Positions 48,106-57,135 are shown, counted from the first letter of the stretch. The stretch: DNA of 64,000 nt from a bacterium (GCA_021786315.1 JAJYNN010000002.1:462997-526996); one strand, 5' to 3'. A program made the numbers and translations. Notes: generated by a model not told the origin, from the letters alone.

Positions 48106-48177
48106 TCGGGGTGAGAGGAATTGAACCTCCTGCTTCTCGCTCCCAAAGCGAGCGTTCTGCCGATGAACTACACCCCG
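48106..48177 (-). tRNA. tRNA-Pro (anticodon TGG)
   Basis: RC reads CGGGGTGTAGTTCATCGGCAGAACGCTCGCTTTGGGAGCGAGAAGCAGGAGGTTCAATTCCTCTCACCCCGA. Confidence 0.85.
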
Positions 48178-48267
48178 TAGTTCTCCCCCAAACGCACCTG
48201 TAATTGTACCCTGAATTAGTTATTTTGTACACAGATTGAGCTTTCCTTTCTTGATATAATATTTGGT

Positions 48268-48675
48268 ATGGAAGATTGTATTTTTTGCAAAATTATCAGA
48301 GGCGAGATCCCTTCATACAAAGTCTATGAGGATGAGGATCATCTGGCTTTTTTGACCATCCAACCCATTAACCCCGGTCATACACTTGTTATTCCTAAAA
48401 AACATATATCTTATATTTTTGATATGGATGATAAGGATTTATGCCAACTTATGGTTGTCAGTAAAAAGGTTGCCCGGGTCTTGAAAAAGGCTTTTAGTCC
48501 CCGAACGGGCAAGATTGGGGTGATGGTTGCCGGAGGAGAAGTCCCCCATGTCCATATTCACCTTGTCCCTATGGACGATGAAAGCGACCTCACTTTTGCC
48601 AGACAAAGATCTAATGTCCCCTTGGAAGAGTTCGAGCAGACCCTGAAAAAGATAAAATCAGTATCCTTTGACTAG
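48268..48675 (+). CDS. HIT-family (histidine triad) hydrolase
   Basis: HVHIHLVP histidine triad; CIFCKII N-terminus. Confidence 0.85.
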   Translation: MEDCIFCKIIRGEIPSYKVYEDEDHLAFLTIQPINPGHTLVIPKKHISYIFDMDDKDLCQLMVVSKKVARVLKKAFSPRTGKIGVMVAGGEVPHVHIHLVPMDDESDLTFARQRSNVPLEEFEQTLKKIKSVSFD

Positions 48676-48705
48676 GGAAGTTTATTGGCCTATAATTAGT
48701 AAACT

Positions 48706-48978
48706 ATGGCAATTGAAACAGCTTCATCGCTTCCTCAACCAATTGAAGATTGGATAGTGAAAGATATCAACAGGCCTTCAAAGGGAATTATGGACCGTAC
48801 TGATAACGGGAAGCCTTTGACCCCGGAACAGCAGCTCGAACTCACACGTCAACAATGGCGGGAGTTTGCCAAAGCTTTACTGGAGATCGGAGACCCTGTT
48901 CTGGATATTTTGACCAGGTTTAGCAGTGCCCGGGAAAAAGCCCGGAAGCATGATCTTCAGCAAGATTTTGAAGTATAA
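48706..48978 (+). CDS. Hypothetical protein
   Basis: ORF only. Confidence 0.35.
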   Translation: MAIETASSLPQPIEDWIVKDINRPSKGIMDRTDNGKPLTPEQQLELTRQQWREFAKALLEIGDPVLDILTRFSSAREKARKHDLQQDFEV

Positions 48979-49060
48979 GACAATGTAATCAGACACAGCA
49001 AACCCGCTTATAATACCTTTAAGTAGTTACCAGGATCAGAATTTGATAAAATACCCATAT

Positions 49061-49133
49061 GCGCCCGTAGCTCAGTGGATAGAGCGCGACGGTTCTAACG
49101 TCAGGGTCGGGGGTTCGAATCCCTCCGGGCGCG
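49061..49133 (+). tRNA. tRNA-Arg (anticodon TCT)
   Basis: GCGCCCGTAGCTCAGTGGATAGAGCGCGACGGTTCTAACGTCAGGGTCGGGGGTTCGAATCCCTCCGGGCGCG. Confidence 0.75.
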
Positions 49134-49230
49134 CAAATTCAAAATTTGGGGTTTGCCTCCTAATTTTGAATTTACTCCTGGGTAGTCAGAATCCTCTTTG
49201 GGGTTTACATAATTTTCGCAGAAAATTACA

Positions 49231-49312
49231 GGATCGTTTTGACGAAGTCAAAAGGTAGCCCATTAGACAATGCGTTGTCGCAGGATCGTTTTGACGAAGT
49301 CAAAAGGTAGCC
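49231..49312 (+). repeat. Two direct copies of a 32-nt palindrome-containing unit (CAGGATCGTTTTGACGAAGTCAAAAGGTAGCCC) separated by 18 nt, immediately followed by a mature-like copy of the tRNA-Arg 3' end
   Basis: The two copies are identical; the unit is the same motif family as those downstream of tRNA-Phe and tRNA-Gln. Confidence 0.7.
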
Positions 49313-49382
49313 CTAATCCCTCCGGGCGCGCCACCCTATCTCCTTGCTTCCCAATCCAAAGATAGATTACTATTAAACTGAT

Positions 49383-50024
49383 ATGCGGAAAAAAGTTGTG
49401 CCCTTAATTTTTCTGGGGTTAGGTGTTTTTTTGATAGTTCAGGTAGTTATGCCTTTAGTGGCTTATAAATACTGGGAGTTTACTGCTTATAATGAAAACC
49501 AGGCACTTTTAAGCCCCAATCCGGGGGCAGGTGATGTTTTGGGAGTTTCCGTCAAAAACATTGATAACTTTCCCGCCTTTGTTTCTAATTCGGAAAGAAG
49601 AAGCTCTTTGCCTTATGAAGACTTTACCCTATCCATTCCCAGTATTAACCTTGGAGCTACCAGGGTTGAAGTTGAATCAAACAGCTTTGAACAGAGTTTA
49701 GCCCAAATGCCGGGAACCGCGTTGCCGGGAGAAAAAGGCAATGTTTTTATCACCGGCCACTCTTCCCTGCCTCAATTTTACCGGCCGGGAAATTTTAAGG
49801 CCATCTTTTCTCACTTACCGGAGGTGAAAAAGGGCGATGAGGTTATTATTGAAGCCGGCGGCCAGCGGTTTGTCTATACTATTAAAGGCATGAAGGTAGT
49901 TGATCCTTCGGAAACCTGGGTTATTAATCCTCCGGACAACAACGGCAGATATTTATCACTTATGACTTGTGTCCCCCCGGGATTATATCTAAAGAGGCTG
50001 ATAGTTTTAGCTGAACTTAATTAG
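49383..50024 (+). CDS. Sortase-family transpeptidase
   Basis: His motif FITGHSS, Cys motif LMTCVPP, N-terminal TM. Confidence 0.7.
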   Translation: MRKKVVPLIFLGLGVFLIVQVVMPLVAYKYWEFTAYNENQALLSPNPGAGDVLGVSVKNIDNFPAFVSNSERRSSLPYEDFTLSIPSINLGATRVEVESNSFEQSLAQMPGTALPGEKGNVFITGHSSLPQFYRPGNFKAIFSHLPEVKKGDEVIIEAGGQRFVYTIKGMKVVDPSETWVINPPDNNGRYLSLMTCVPPGLYLKRLIVLAELN

Positions 50025-50490
50025 AAGAAAATATTCGGTCAATTTCTATGGCGACACTTCCTTGGATTCGTTTGAGAGCTTGCTCAAAAGTAATACCAGA
50101 AATTGACGCTAAACGGACAATACGGTTACGACCTACTTCGTTTATGCCATAGCCTAAAACTGCCACCGGGAGATGGAACCTTACAGCTTCAGCTTCTAAC
50201 CGCTTTGCCTCGTCACTATTTTTTGTATCTTCGATGTTTCTTATCTCCGGACGAAGTGTGAATTTTAAGACCTCATTGTAAAGCTCAACGACATTGTACG
50301 GGTCAATTTCGTGCCGGCAGACAAAAAGATCCCTGCCATCTTCGGTGGGAAAAACACCCATAATGGTTTTAAAATCTACCCTATTCTCGTAATGGCCATA
50401 GAGGTTGTACGTATTCACATCCTCTTTTGGGGTAAGCTGGGCAAAACGTGACATTATGTTTTTATAAGAAATACTCTTATCGACTTCCAT
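50017..50490 (-). CDS. Hypothetical protein (start moved to the internal Met so as not to overlap tRNA-Gly)
   Basis: ORF only. Confidence 0.4.
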   Translation of the reverse strand: MEVDKSISYKNIMSRFAQLTPKEDVNTYNLYGHYENRVDFKTIMGVFPTEDGRDLFVCRHEIDPYNVVELYNEVLKFTLRPEIRNIEDTKNSDEAKRLEAEAVRFHLPVAVLGYGINEVGRNRIVRLASISGITFEQALKRIQGSVAIEIDRIFSSN

Positions 50491-50525
50491 ATTAAAAAAT
50501 CCAGCCAGTAAAGGCTGGGTTGGAT

Positions 50526-50597
50526 GAGCGGGATAGGGGGATCGAACCCCTGACATTCTGCTTGGAAAGCAGACGTTCTACCGCTGAACTAATCCCG
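50526..50597 (-). tRNA. tRNA-Gly (anticodon TCC)
   Basis: RC reads GCGGGATTAGTTCAGCGGTAGAACGTCTGCTTTCCAAGCAGAATGTCAGGGGTTCGATCCCCCTATCCCGCT. Confidence 0.85.
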
Positions 50598-50705
50598 CGA
50601 GTGTTACGAGCGAGGTTAGTGAAGTGGCAGGACCAGTCTGAAAGACTAGCCTACCGCCGAACTAATCCCGCAATAGGAAGTATTTTACCAAATTTTACTT
50701 AAAAT

Positions 50706-51017
50706 CTACAATCCCGGTTTCATTAAACAATAATTAAGTCTCGTCTTTGTGGTGGTAATTTGTAAATCATCTGACATGGTGCTAAGGGGGTCCTGTAATT
50801 TTTCTTTCACAAGTTCCAACATAGGCCGCTCCATCTCATCTATAGTAAAATCCATAGCTGAAATTACCCATATCTGTTTATTTAGACGGCATTTCGAACA
50901 GGTATAAATAACATCCAATAATAAAAATTGTCGGGAATTTCCTCCGCGTGCTTGACCTACCGTAGAAATTGAATCTATTTCATGTTTAAGCTCACAGGCA
51001 TGTTCTGCCTTCGTCAT
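50706..51017 (-). CDS. Hypothetical protein downstream of dinB
   Basis: ORF only. Confidence 0.35.
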   Translation of the reverse strand: MTKAEHACELKHEIDSISTVGQARGGNSRQFLLLDVIYTCSKCRLNKQIWVISAMDFTIDEMERPMLELVKEKLQDPLSTMSDDLQITTTKTRLNYCLMKPGL

Positions 51018-51065
51018 GCGGGAAATTATATAGGGGTTTAAGGCTAAAGTCTATTAAATTTACCA

Positions 51066-52307
51066 CTATATCTTGAATCTTCGGTCAGAAAGAAACGGAT
51101 TTGGCTTGCGTTTCATTGAACAGGAGTCTAATAGAATTCCTCTCATTAAGGTAAAGTCACCAAACTTACCATTCACTTTATCCAGAGTCTGCAGGATCTT
51201 TTCCTGCCTATTTACCTCGGGAAGCCAGGATAAATTCGCTGGTTTGAATGGTTTGAGGTTGGAAATGGCTACCCCAATCATCCTAATTTTCTCTCCATCC
51301 CAAATCTGGTGAAATATCTCCCAACCTCCTTGAAAGATTTCTAAACCATCAGTAGTGTAATTTTTCAAAGTTTTTTGCATCCCATCCCCATGAAATACCA
51401 TTTCTGCACCAGGTTGAAAAGCTGATCTATACCAGCAATGGATTGTCTTACCCGTCATTCTCTTCTTCCTTAGCCTCGCAGCCACCATCTCACTCATTTT
51501 AAGGAGGATTTGCCTGATCTCAGCCGGATCTTTTGTGTCGTGGTCAATTGTGTAGCGGTGGCCGATGGATTTGACCTCCTCTTTTTCATAAAAAGGTTTA
51601 ATGGGAGTATGATCTATCCCACGAGCCATGTTGTATAAAACTTCTCCGTAGGATTTGAAGGAGGCTAAAAGATATTCTTTAGGGGTTTTACGTAAAGTTT
51701 TAAAATCCCGGATCCCTAAGTTAAAAAGCCTCTTTTTCATCCTCGGGCCAATACCGCAAACATCATCAAGCTCTGCCTGGTCTAATACTCTTAAGGCAGT
51801 CTCCTGATCAGGTATAACCACTAACCCATCTGGCTTTTGCAAAGATCCGGCAAGTTTTGCCATTAACTTGTTATAAGAAATTCCAATAGAACAGGTAATC
51901 CTTTCCCCAAGCTCGACTCGGAGCCGCTGTTTGATCTCATGAGCTATTCTGATACTCTGACATTCCGATACTCCGTCACACTGGAGGAAACATTCATCAA
52001 TGGAAAACACTTCCAAGTAGGGTGTGTAATCCTTAAAAATGTTCAAAAACTTGGTGGTGCAGGTTAGGTATTTATCGGAATCTCCGGGAACAATGATAAT
52101 TTCCGGACAGACCTTTCTGGCTTCCCAAACCTGCATTCCGGTTTTTACTCCCCTTTTTTTGGCTTCAATAGAGGCCGTACAGAGGACAGTTCTTACTTCA
52201 CGGTCTCCTCCGGTTACCCCAACAGGTTTACCCCGAAGTCTGGGATTAGCTTGCTGCTCCACACTCGCGAAGTATGAATTCATGTCTATATGGAGGATTG
52301 TTTTCAT
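51066..52307 (-). CDS. dinB: Y-family DNA polymerase IV (DinB-like); start placed at the Met preceding the conserved ILHIDMNSYFASVE
   Basis: Y-family N-terminal motif and DE catalytic region (VFSIDECFL); the longer upstream extension is probably not coding. Confidence 0.8.
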   Translation of the reverse strand: MKTILHIDMNSYFASVEQQANPRLRGKPVGVTGGDREVRTVLCTASIEAKKRGVKTGMQVWEARKVCPEIIIVPGDSDKYLTCTTKFLNIFKDYTPYLEVFSIDECFLQCDGVSECQSIRIAHEIKQRLRVELGERITCSIGISYNKLMAKLAGSLQKPDGLVVIPDQETALRVLDQAELDDVCGIGPRMKKRLFNLGIRDFKTLRKTPKEYLLASFKSYGEVLYNMARGIDHTPIKPFYEKEEVKSIGHRYTIDHDTKDPAEIRQILLKMSEMVAARLRKKRMTGKTIHCWYRSAFQPGAEMVFHGDGMQKTLKNYTTDGLEIFQGGWEIFHQIWDGEKIRMIGVAISNLKPFKPANLSWLPEVNRQEKILQTLDKVNGKFGDFTLMRGILLDSCSMKRKPNPFLSDRRFKI

Positions 52308-52358
52308 GGTTTTAAAGGCGACCTCCTTGTCCGTATGGCAAAGTGTTGCCTTGTGCGT

Positions 52359-52401
52359 TTTTTCAAGGTGACGCCTGCCTTCGGACGAGGCGTCACCTTT
52401 T
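52359..52401 (+). terminator. Strong GC hairpin (GGTGACGCCT..loop..AGGCGTCACC) followed by T6 on the + strand, lying in the 5' leader region of dinB
   Basis: 10-bp perfect stem plus T6 read directly; the minus-strand reading has A-runs on both sides, so it terminates + strand transcription only. Confidence 0.5.
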
Positions 52402-52411
52402 TTAAGAGTCT

Positions 52412-52693
52412 CTAATTCTCTTCCTCTACCATTTCCAGAAACCACTTGAGCTTCCCGGTATCAAATTTTAGGCGGTAAAAATTACTGTTTGCCGAGACGG
52501 AGAAATGATAGAATATGGAAGCACCTGAGTGGGAGTTGTGAACGAGGTTAACAGCGTCGATTTTAATAGCCCGGCCTTTCCAGAAAAACAGGTATGGCTG
52601 TACCTGGGCGTTTTTAAAAAATACCCAAACGTTTACAGGTTCTAAAATCTCTACCATACAATGAATATATACCAAATAAAACCCGAAATACAA
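52412..52693 (-). CDS. Hypothetical small protein immediately upstream of dinB (a possible accessory factor of the Y-family polymerase)
   Basis: ORF only; context. Confidence 0.35.
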   Translation of the reverse strand: MYFGFYLVYIHCMVEILEPVNVWVFFKNAQVQPYLFFWKGRAIKIDAVNLVHNSHSGASIFYHFSVSANSNFYRLKFDTGKLKWFLEMVEEEN

Positions 52694-52694
52694 T

Positions 52695-54434
52695 ATGACA
52701 AATTACATTAAACTTATCTTTTTAATCTCATTCTTAATTCTGAATTCTATATTCTTAATTCGGCCTGCACAGGCTGTTGTTGATCCCCTATCCACCCCTA
52801 ACAATAAATTTGGGGTCCACATTATTACCGGCAGCCCCGACGAGGCTTCCCCTGCCGCCCAGATGGTAAACTCCTCCGGCGGAGACTGGGGCTATATTAC
52901 GGTTTTAATTGAAAGTAAAAATAGGAATCACGATCAATGGCAAGCCTTTTTTAATGATTTAAGACGCCGACACTTAATCCCTCTGGTAAGAATTGCTACC
53001 GAGCCTGAGGGAAATTATTGGAAAATTCCTTATAACGGTGAAGAACAAGCCTGGGCAGACTTCCTGGACAGCCTGGTTTGGCCCACCAAGAACCGTTATG
53101 TCATTATCTATAACGAGCCCAACCAGGGCCAGGAATGGGCTGGTAAAGTGGATCCGGCCTCTTATGCCCAGGTTTTAGATAAAACAATCACCGCTTTAAA
53201 GAATAAAAATCCCGATTTTTTTGTCCTCAATGCCGGACTTGATGCATCTGCCCCCGATAAATACCCCAGCTACGCTGATGAGACCACATTCTTAAGCCAA
53301 ATGGAGGCTGCAGTCCCGGGGATTTTTAATAAGCTGGATGGCTGGGTTTCCCATTCCTACCCCAACCCCGGCTTTGCCGGTTCCCCTGATGCCTCCGGAC
53401 GCGGGACAGTCAGGACTTGGGCTTGGGAGTTAAATTACCTGAAAAATTTAGGTGTAAATAAAACTCTCCCGGTGTTTATTACCGAAACAGGCTGGAAACA
53501 TGCTGAGGGGCTGGATTACGATAAATCCTTACCCAATGCCGATACAGTCGCCGATTATCTTAAGGATGCTTTTACCAATGCCTGGAATAGCAGCCAAATC
53601 GTGGCTGTTACCCCATTCCTGCTCAACTACCAACAGGCTCCTTTTGACCATTTCTCTTTTAAGAAGCTGACAGGAGAGCCGCAAAACCTGAAGATCCTTG
53701 GCGCTTCCTACCCGGATTATTACCCGCCATACCAAGCTATGATGGATCTGCCGAAGGTAGCCGGCCACCCTTTTCAGGAAAACAAAGCTGCTCTAGTAAA
53801 AGGCACTATTTACCCCTCAATTGTGGCCGGGGAAAGCTACACCATTCCCTTAACCTTTAAAAATACAGGGCAATCAATTTGGGAGGATGGTGAACCACTT
53901 GAGCTCAGGGTATTATCCGGAGGTGATGATTTTGGAATTCAATCCATTCAGCCTGCCATTGCCCAAAAAGTAGAACCCGGACAAAACGCTATCTTTAATG
54001 TAAATCTTAAAGCTCCCCAAGGCGGAGATTATCAAATTACCCTACAGCTATTTCACGGAGGCAAAGCTTTTGACCAAAACCCGTTTGTTTTCAATACCAA
54101 GGTTAAATCCCCGGTGATTTTACAGGTTAAAACTTCCCTTTGGGGCAAGAAAAATTCTGCCGGAAGTTATCTTTTAACCATCCTCAATAACGCTTTTAAG
54201 AGCAGTGTCGAGGTAACCATAGATGACCAGGGAATATCCAAACCTTTGGAATCACGCTATCTTTTGCCGGATTATCCTTTTACCTTTACCCTCCACAAAC
54301 CCTTCTATAAACCTAAGTCGATCAATGTTCAGGTTGTTTCCGGTATCAACCAGTTAAATTTTGGGACTTTAGAGCCTGACTTCTTATCAGCGATTTTAAA
54401 TCCCAAAGAGTTTTGGGATTTGCTTCCGTTTTAG
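52695..54434 (+). CDS. Secreted clan GH-A (GH5-like) glycoside hydrolase with C-terminal beta-sandwich domains
   Basis: Signal peptide; IIYNEPNQG (NEP acid/base) and VFITETGW (nucleophile) motifs; its signal-peptide region is encoded by a heptamer repeat. Confidence 0.55.
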   Translation: MTNYIKLIFLISFLILNSIFLIRPAQAVVDPLSTPNNKFGVHIITGSPDEASPAAQMVNSSGGDWGYITVLIESKNRNHDQWQAFFNDLRRRHLIPLVRIATEPEGNYWKIPYNGEEQAWADFLDSLVWPTKNRYVIIYNEPNQGQEWAGKVDPASYAQVLDKTITALKNKNPDFFVLNAGLDASAPDKYPSYADETTFLSQMEAAVPGIFNKLDGWVSHSYPNPGFAGSPDASGRGTVRTWAWELNYLKNLGVNKTLPVFITETGWKHAEGLDYDKSLPNADTVADYLKDAFTNAWNSSQIVAVTPFLLNYQQAPFDHFSFKKLTGEPQNLKILGASYPDYYPPYQAMMDLPKVAGHPFQENKAALVKGTIYPSIVAGESYTIPLTFKNTGQSIWEDGEPLELRVLSGGDDFGIQSIQPAIAQKVEPGQNAIFNVNLKAPQGGDYQITLQLFHGGKAFDQNPFVFNTKVKSPVILQVKTSLWGKKNSAGSYLLTILNNAFKSSVEVTIDDQGISKPLESRYLLPDYPFTFTLHKPFYKPKSINVQVVSGINQLNFGTLEPDFLSAILNPKEFWDLLPF

Positions 54435-54638
54435 AATTTACGCACAAATTGGTCTATTTTGATATAGTTGACAAGATTCAAATAATAGTGTATTATTACT
54501 TCACTTATTAACCGTAAGGCTAATAAGTATTTACTTACAAGCCGCAAGGCGAGTGAGTTCTCGAAAAAGGTCCCGCAAGGGACTTTTTTCGTGGAAAACA
54601 ATAGCCTTTTACCTTATAAACTGATAAAATACTCATTA

Positions 54639-54698
54639 TCGTGGTGGCTGTAGCTCAGCGGTAGGCTAGTCTTTCAGACTGGTCCTGCCACTTCACTA
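54639..54698 (+). repeat. 26-nt copy of the tRNA-His 5' end (tcG-1 plus acceptor plus D-arm to GCGGTAG) fused to a 34-nt element GCTAGTCTTTCAGACTGGTCCTGCCACTTCACTA, 14 nt upstream of the real tRNA-His
   Basis: Exact identity of 54639..54664 with 54709..54734; the 34-nt element recurs in inverted orientation next to tRNA-Gly(TCC). Confidence 0.7.
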
Positions 54699-54712
54699 CA
54701 TTCCCACTTCGT

Positions 54713-54788
54713 GGTGGCTGTAGCTCAGCGGTAGAGCGCCTGCCTGTGGAGCAGGATGTCGAGGGTTCAACTCCCTTCAGCCACCCCA
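54713..54788 (+). tRNA. tRNA-His (anticodon GTG) with encoded G-1 and encoded CCA
   Basis: G GTGGCTGTAGCTCAGCGGTAGAGCGCCTGCCTGTGGAGCAGGATGTCGAGGGTTCAACTCCCTTCAGCCACCCCA. Confidence 0.85.
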
Positions 54789-54789
54789 A

Positions 54790-55710
54790 CTATCGACAGC
54801 TATCCGGCAAGACAGTATAAAACCCATTGGTAACCGACCTTAAGATATCCGACAGCTCGTTTTGTTTTAAGGTGTTTGAATCGGTAATTTTTGTCGGGTT
54901 GTTGGGATCAAAATCAAATTTAACCTCCAAATTGTTTTGTGCCGAATCATTAACTTTAAAATTAATTACCGCTAAAGTATTTTTACTGTTAAACATGCCT
55001 ATTCCATCAGCATCCGCCAAATTTAGTTCAATCCTGCCCTTTAAATTGTCGTAATTATCCGCAGGAAAGTTATATTGGGAATAAGTCCCAACTTGACCCA
55101 CAATTGAGGTCACTTTTAGCTTTGTCGGATCAAAACTCAGCAAGATGTCCACCACATCGATCTTATTGCTATTGGGGTCAATATTTACTTTTAGGCTCAA
55201 GGTGCTGCCCTTTTTATAAGCTCCATTAGCCGGATATAGGGAAAGGGCGGCTCCGGAAGAATTGGCAGACACTACCGTATTCACGCTGGTAGTACCACAG
55301 GAAGGAGTCGGGGTTGGAGCTGCAGTAGGTTTTACAGTTGGTTTTGGGGTAACTGTTGGAACCCGGGTAGGAGCTGGGGTTGGATTTGAACCAAGCAGCC
55401 TTTGTTTTAATATCTCAATTGCCAAGAGAAGACCGTTTGAGCTTGAAGTGGTTGGAGTAGGTGCAACGGAAGAAGTGGCGGCAGTGGCCTCAGACTTGGT
55501 TAAATTGAGGATCCCGGAGGAGGTAGCAGCCAAACGCGAAGCTTCAACAATGGGAATTTTTGTGGGTCCGGGGGTAAGATTAGAAGTAATTATCGGTTTG
55601 GGATTATTTTGTTTGGGAGCGGTCAAAAAGTATGTCCCCCCAGCTCCTATCAAAGCGGTTAATAAAACCCCCAAAAGTATTAATACCGGAGCGAATCCCC
55701 TCTCTTTCAC
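54790..55710 (-). CDS. Secreted Pro/Thr-rich protein with C-terminal cohesin-like domain
   Basis: N-terminal TM/signal, PT-rich linker, beta-rich C-terminal domain. Confidence 0.45.
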   Translation of the reverse strand: MKERGFAPVLILLGVLLTALIGAGGTYFLTAPKQNNPKPIITSNLTPGPTKIPIVEASRLAATSSGILNLTKSEATAATSSVAPTPTTSSSNGLLLAIEILKQRLLGSNPTPAPTRVPTVTPKPTVKPTAAPTPTPSCGTTSVNTVVSANSSGAALSLYPANGAYKKGSTLSLKVNIDPNSNKIDVVDILLSFDPTKLKVTSIVGQVGTYSQYNFPADNYDNLKGRIELNLADADGIGMFNSKNTLAVINFKVNDSAQNNLEVKFDFDPNNPTKITDSNTLKQNELSDILRSVTNGFYTVLPDSCR

Positions 55711-55830
55711 TACAATTTATCATCTGACACTCAGGATATAAAAGCAATAAGATTATATTATCTCTTTCCATTGCCTTACTTTTTTAAGTCTTTTATTTAA
55801 AACAATTGCCCTAATATTGTTTTTACTCTC

Positions 55831-56316
55831 ATGGATTGGGTAAAGAAGCTAGCCTTTATTGTCTTTATTCTTTTAAGCCAACTGCCAATGGCTTTAATTC
55901 CTGCCCAACCCGCTTATGCCCAAACAATCCCCCAAAAAAGGATAGAGGTGGATTTAACCAACCAAAGGCTTTATGCCTACCAAGGCAATACGCTAGTCTA
56001 TAACTTCCCTATTTCTTCCGGAACCTTAATCCATCCCACCGTTACCGGAACTTATAAACCTTGGGGTAAGTATAGATATTACGAAATGATCGGGGGAAGC
56101 ACGGCAAACGGTGATTATTATGATCTCCCCAATGTTCCATATGTTGTGTATTTTTACCAGGGATACGCTATCCATGGAACCTATTGGCACAACAACTTTG
56201 GCCATCCCATGAGCCACGGATGTGTTAATGTCTCCATTCCCAATATGGCCCTGCTTTATCCCTGGATTGACTACTCCACCTCTATTACCATCTACGGCAC
56301 TACCCCCTCATACTAA
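55831..56316 (+). CDS. L,D-transpeptidase (YkuD domain)
   Basis: HGTYWHNNFGHPMSHGCVNV catalytic His/Cys motif; signal peptide. Confidence 0.75.
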   Translation: MDWVKKLAFIVFILLSQLPMALIPAQPAYAQTIPQKRIEVDLTNQRLYAYQGNTLVYNFPISSGTLIHPTVTGTYKPWGKYRYYEMIGGSTANGDYYDLPNVPYVVYFYQGYAIHGTYWHNNFGHPMSHGCVNVSIPNMALLYPWIDYSTSITIYGTTPSY

Positions 56317-56329
56317 ATATAAATATCTT

Positions 56330-56575
56330 ATAGTATTTGACTTTTAGAGATGGAAATGGTATTATTCAAGATACATTTAGGATCTGGTTGGGTTAATTTG
56401 CAACCTAAACCTGGTTTTACTTGTAAAAATTGCACTTTAATTTAATTGCGTTTGCTGGTAGCAAATTGGGAGTATCTACTTCCAGCTTGTTACCAGTAAA
56501 CAGGTGGGGTTTATTGAGTAGCTCGGGACCGACGGGGACCCGAAAATTTTAAAGAGTGACCTTAAAGGAGGACAC
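56330..56575 (+). promoter_or_regulatory. Long structured 5' leader of the 56576 gene (inverted repeats with G-U-compatible substitutions, RBS AAGGAGG)
   Basis: GTTTGCTGGTAGCAA ... TTGTTACCAGTAAAC arms; CGGGACCGACGGGGACCCG hairpin. Confidence 0.4.
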
Positions 56576-56995
56576 ATGGCTACTTTCTATCAAGATTCCA
56601 ACAATAGTGTTGTCGCCATCATGACAGAAGGCGATTATAAGCGAATGCTCGAGCGACGTGCCCTAGTTGACGAGACAGTCAAAAAAGGTTTGCCGCGACC
56701 ACAGTTGCCGCCGGTTACACCAATCTTTACTTTCTCATCTCCCGACCACCCTTCGTTCTTGTTTATGACTGGTAGTATCAACCTGATGAGAAAGCTACTG
56801 CACGGTCATAGCGTTATCCGAAGTGGTATCTGGGTGCCGTTTAGTAACGGCAGTGAGTGGAGCCTCAACGAGGAAGAAGCACGCTACGAGCGACAGTTTA
56901 GGACAAGTCTTGACCAAGCAATCGAAGCATTTGGACTGATGAAGTCCCAAGATTCAGCCGACAAGGTTGAGTCGACCATCGGTAGTCGTAGCTAG
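56576..56995 (+). CDS. Hypothetical protein (cassette gene 1)
   Basis: ORF with strong RBS; GC-richer than the genome background. Confidence 0.4.
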   Translation: MATFYQDSNNSVVAIMTEGDYKRMLERRALVDETVKKGLPRPQLPPVTPIFTFSSPDHPSFLFMTGSINLMRKLLHGHSVIRSGIWVPFSNGSEWSLNEEEARYERQFRTSLDQAIEAFGLMKSQDSADKVESTIGSRS

Positions 56996-57135
56996 ATCTG
57001 CTCAGTAAGCGAGCCCCACCCTCGCAATCAGCACCGGTAAGGTGAAGGGATAATGGATATGGATGTCGACGAGAGAAGCGAAAGCTTCAAATCAGAGATA
57101 ATTATATCTACCTAACACCCCCGGTGCTTTTCCGT

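Noticed and set aside
49043-49258. ORF 49043..49258 (+), 71 aa
   Set aside because: It is a translation of tRNA-Arg (AQWIERDGSNVRVGGSNPSGRA) plus the downstream hairpin; not coding.
49231-49312. Possible mini-CRISPR (two 32-nt direct repeats)
   Set aside because: There are only two repeats, the spacer is 18 nt, there are no cas genes in the window, and the same unit occurs singly at tRNA-Phe and tRNA-Gln. It is better explained as part of the tRNA-associated module.
50017-50556. Full 179-aa ORF overlapping tRNA-Gly(TCC)
   Set aside because: The N-terminal 22 codons overlap the tRNA gene on the same strand region; the ORF was truncated to the internal Met at 50490.
52039-52371. + strand ORF 52039..52371 (110 aa)
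   Set aside because: It lies antisense within the dinB N-terminal region and has no RBS. It is only noted in relation to the hairpin-T6 element.
51066-52445. Full 459-aa dinB ORF including a 46-aa N-terminal extension
   Set aside because: The extension (MVSGNGRGRELETLKK...) precedes the universally conserved Y-family N-terminus and contains the GC hairpin. The start was moved to the Met at 52307.
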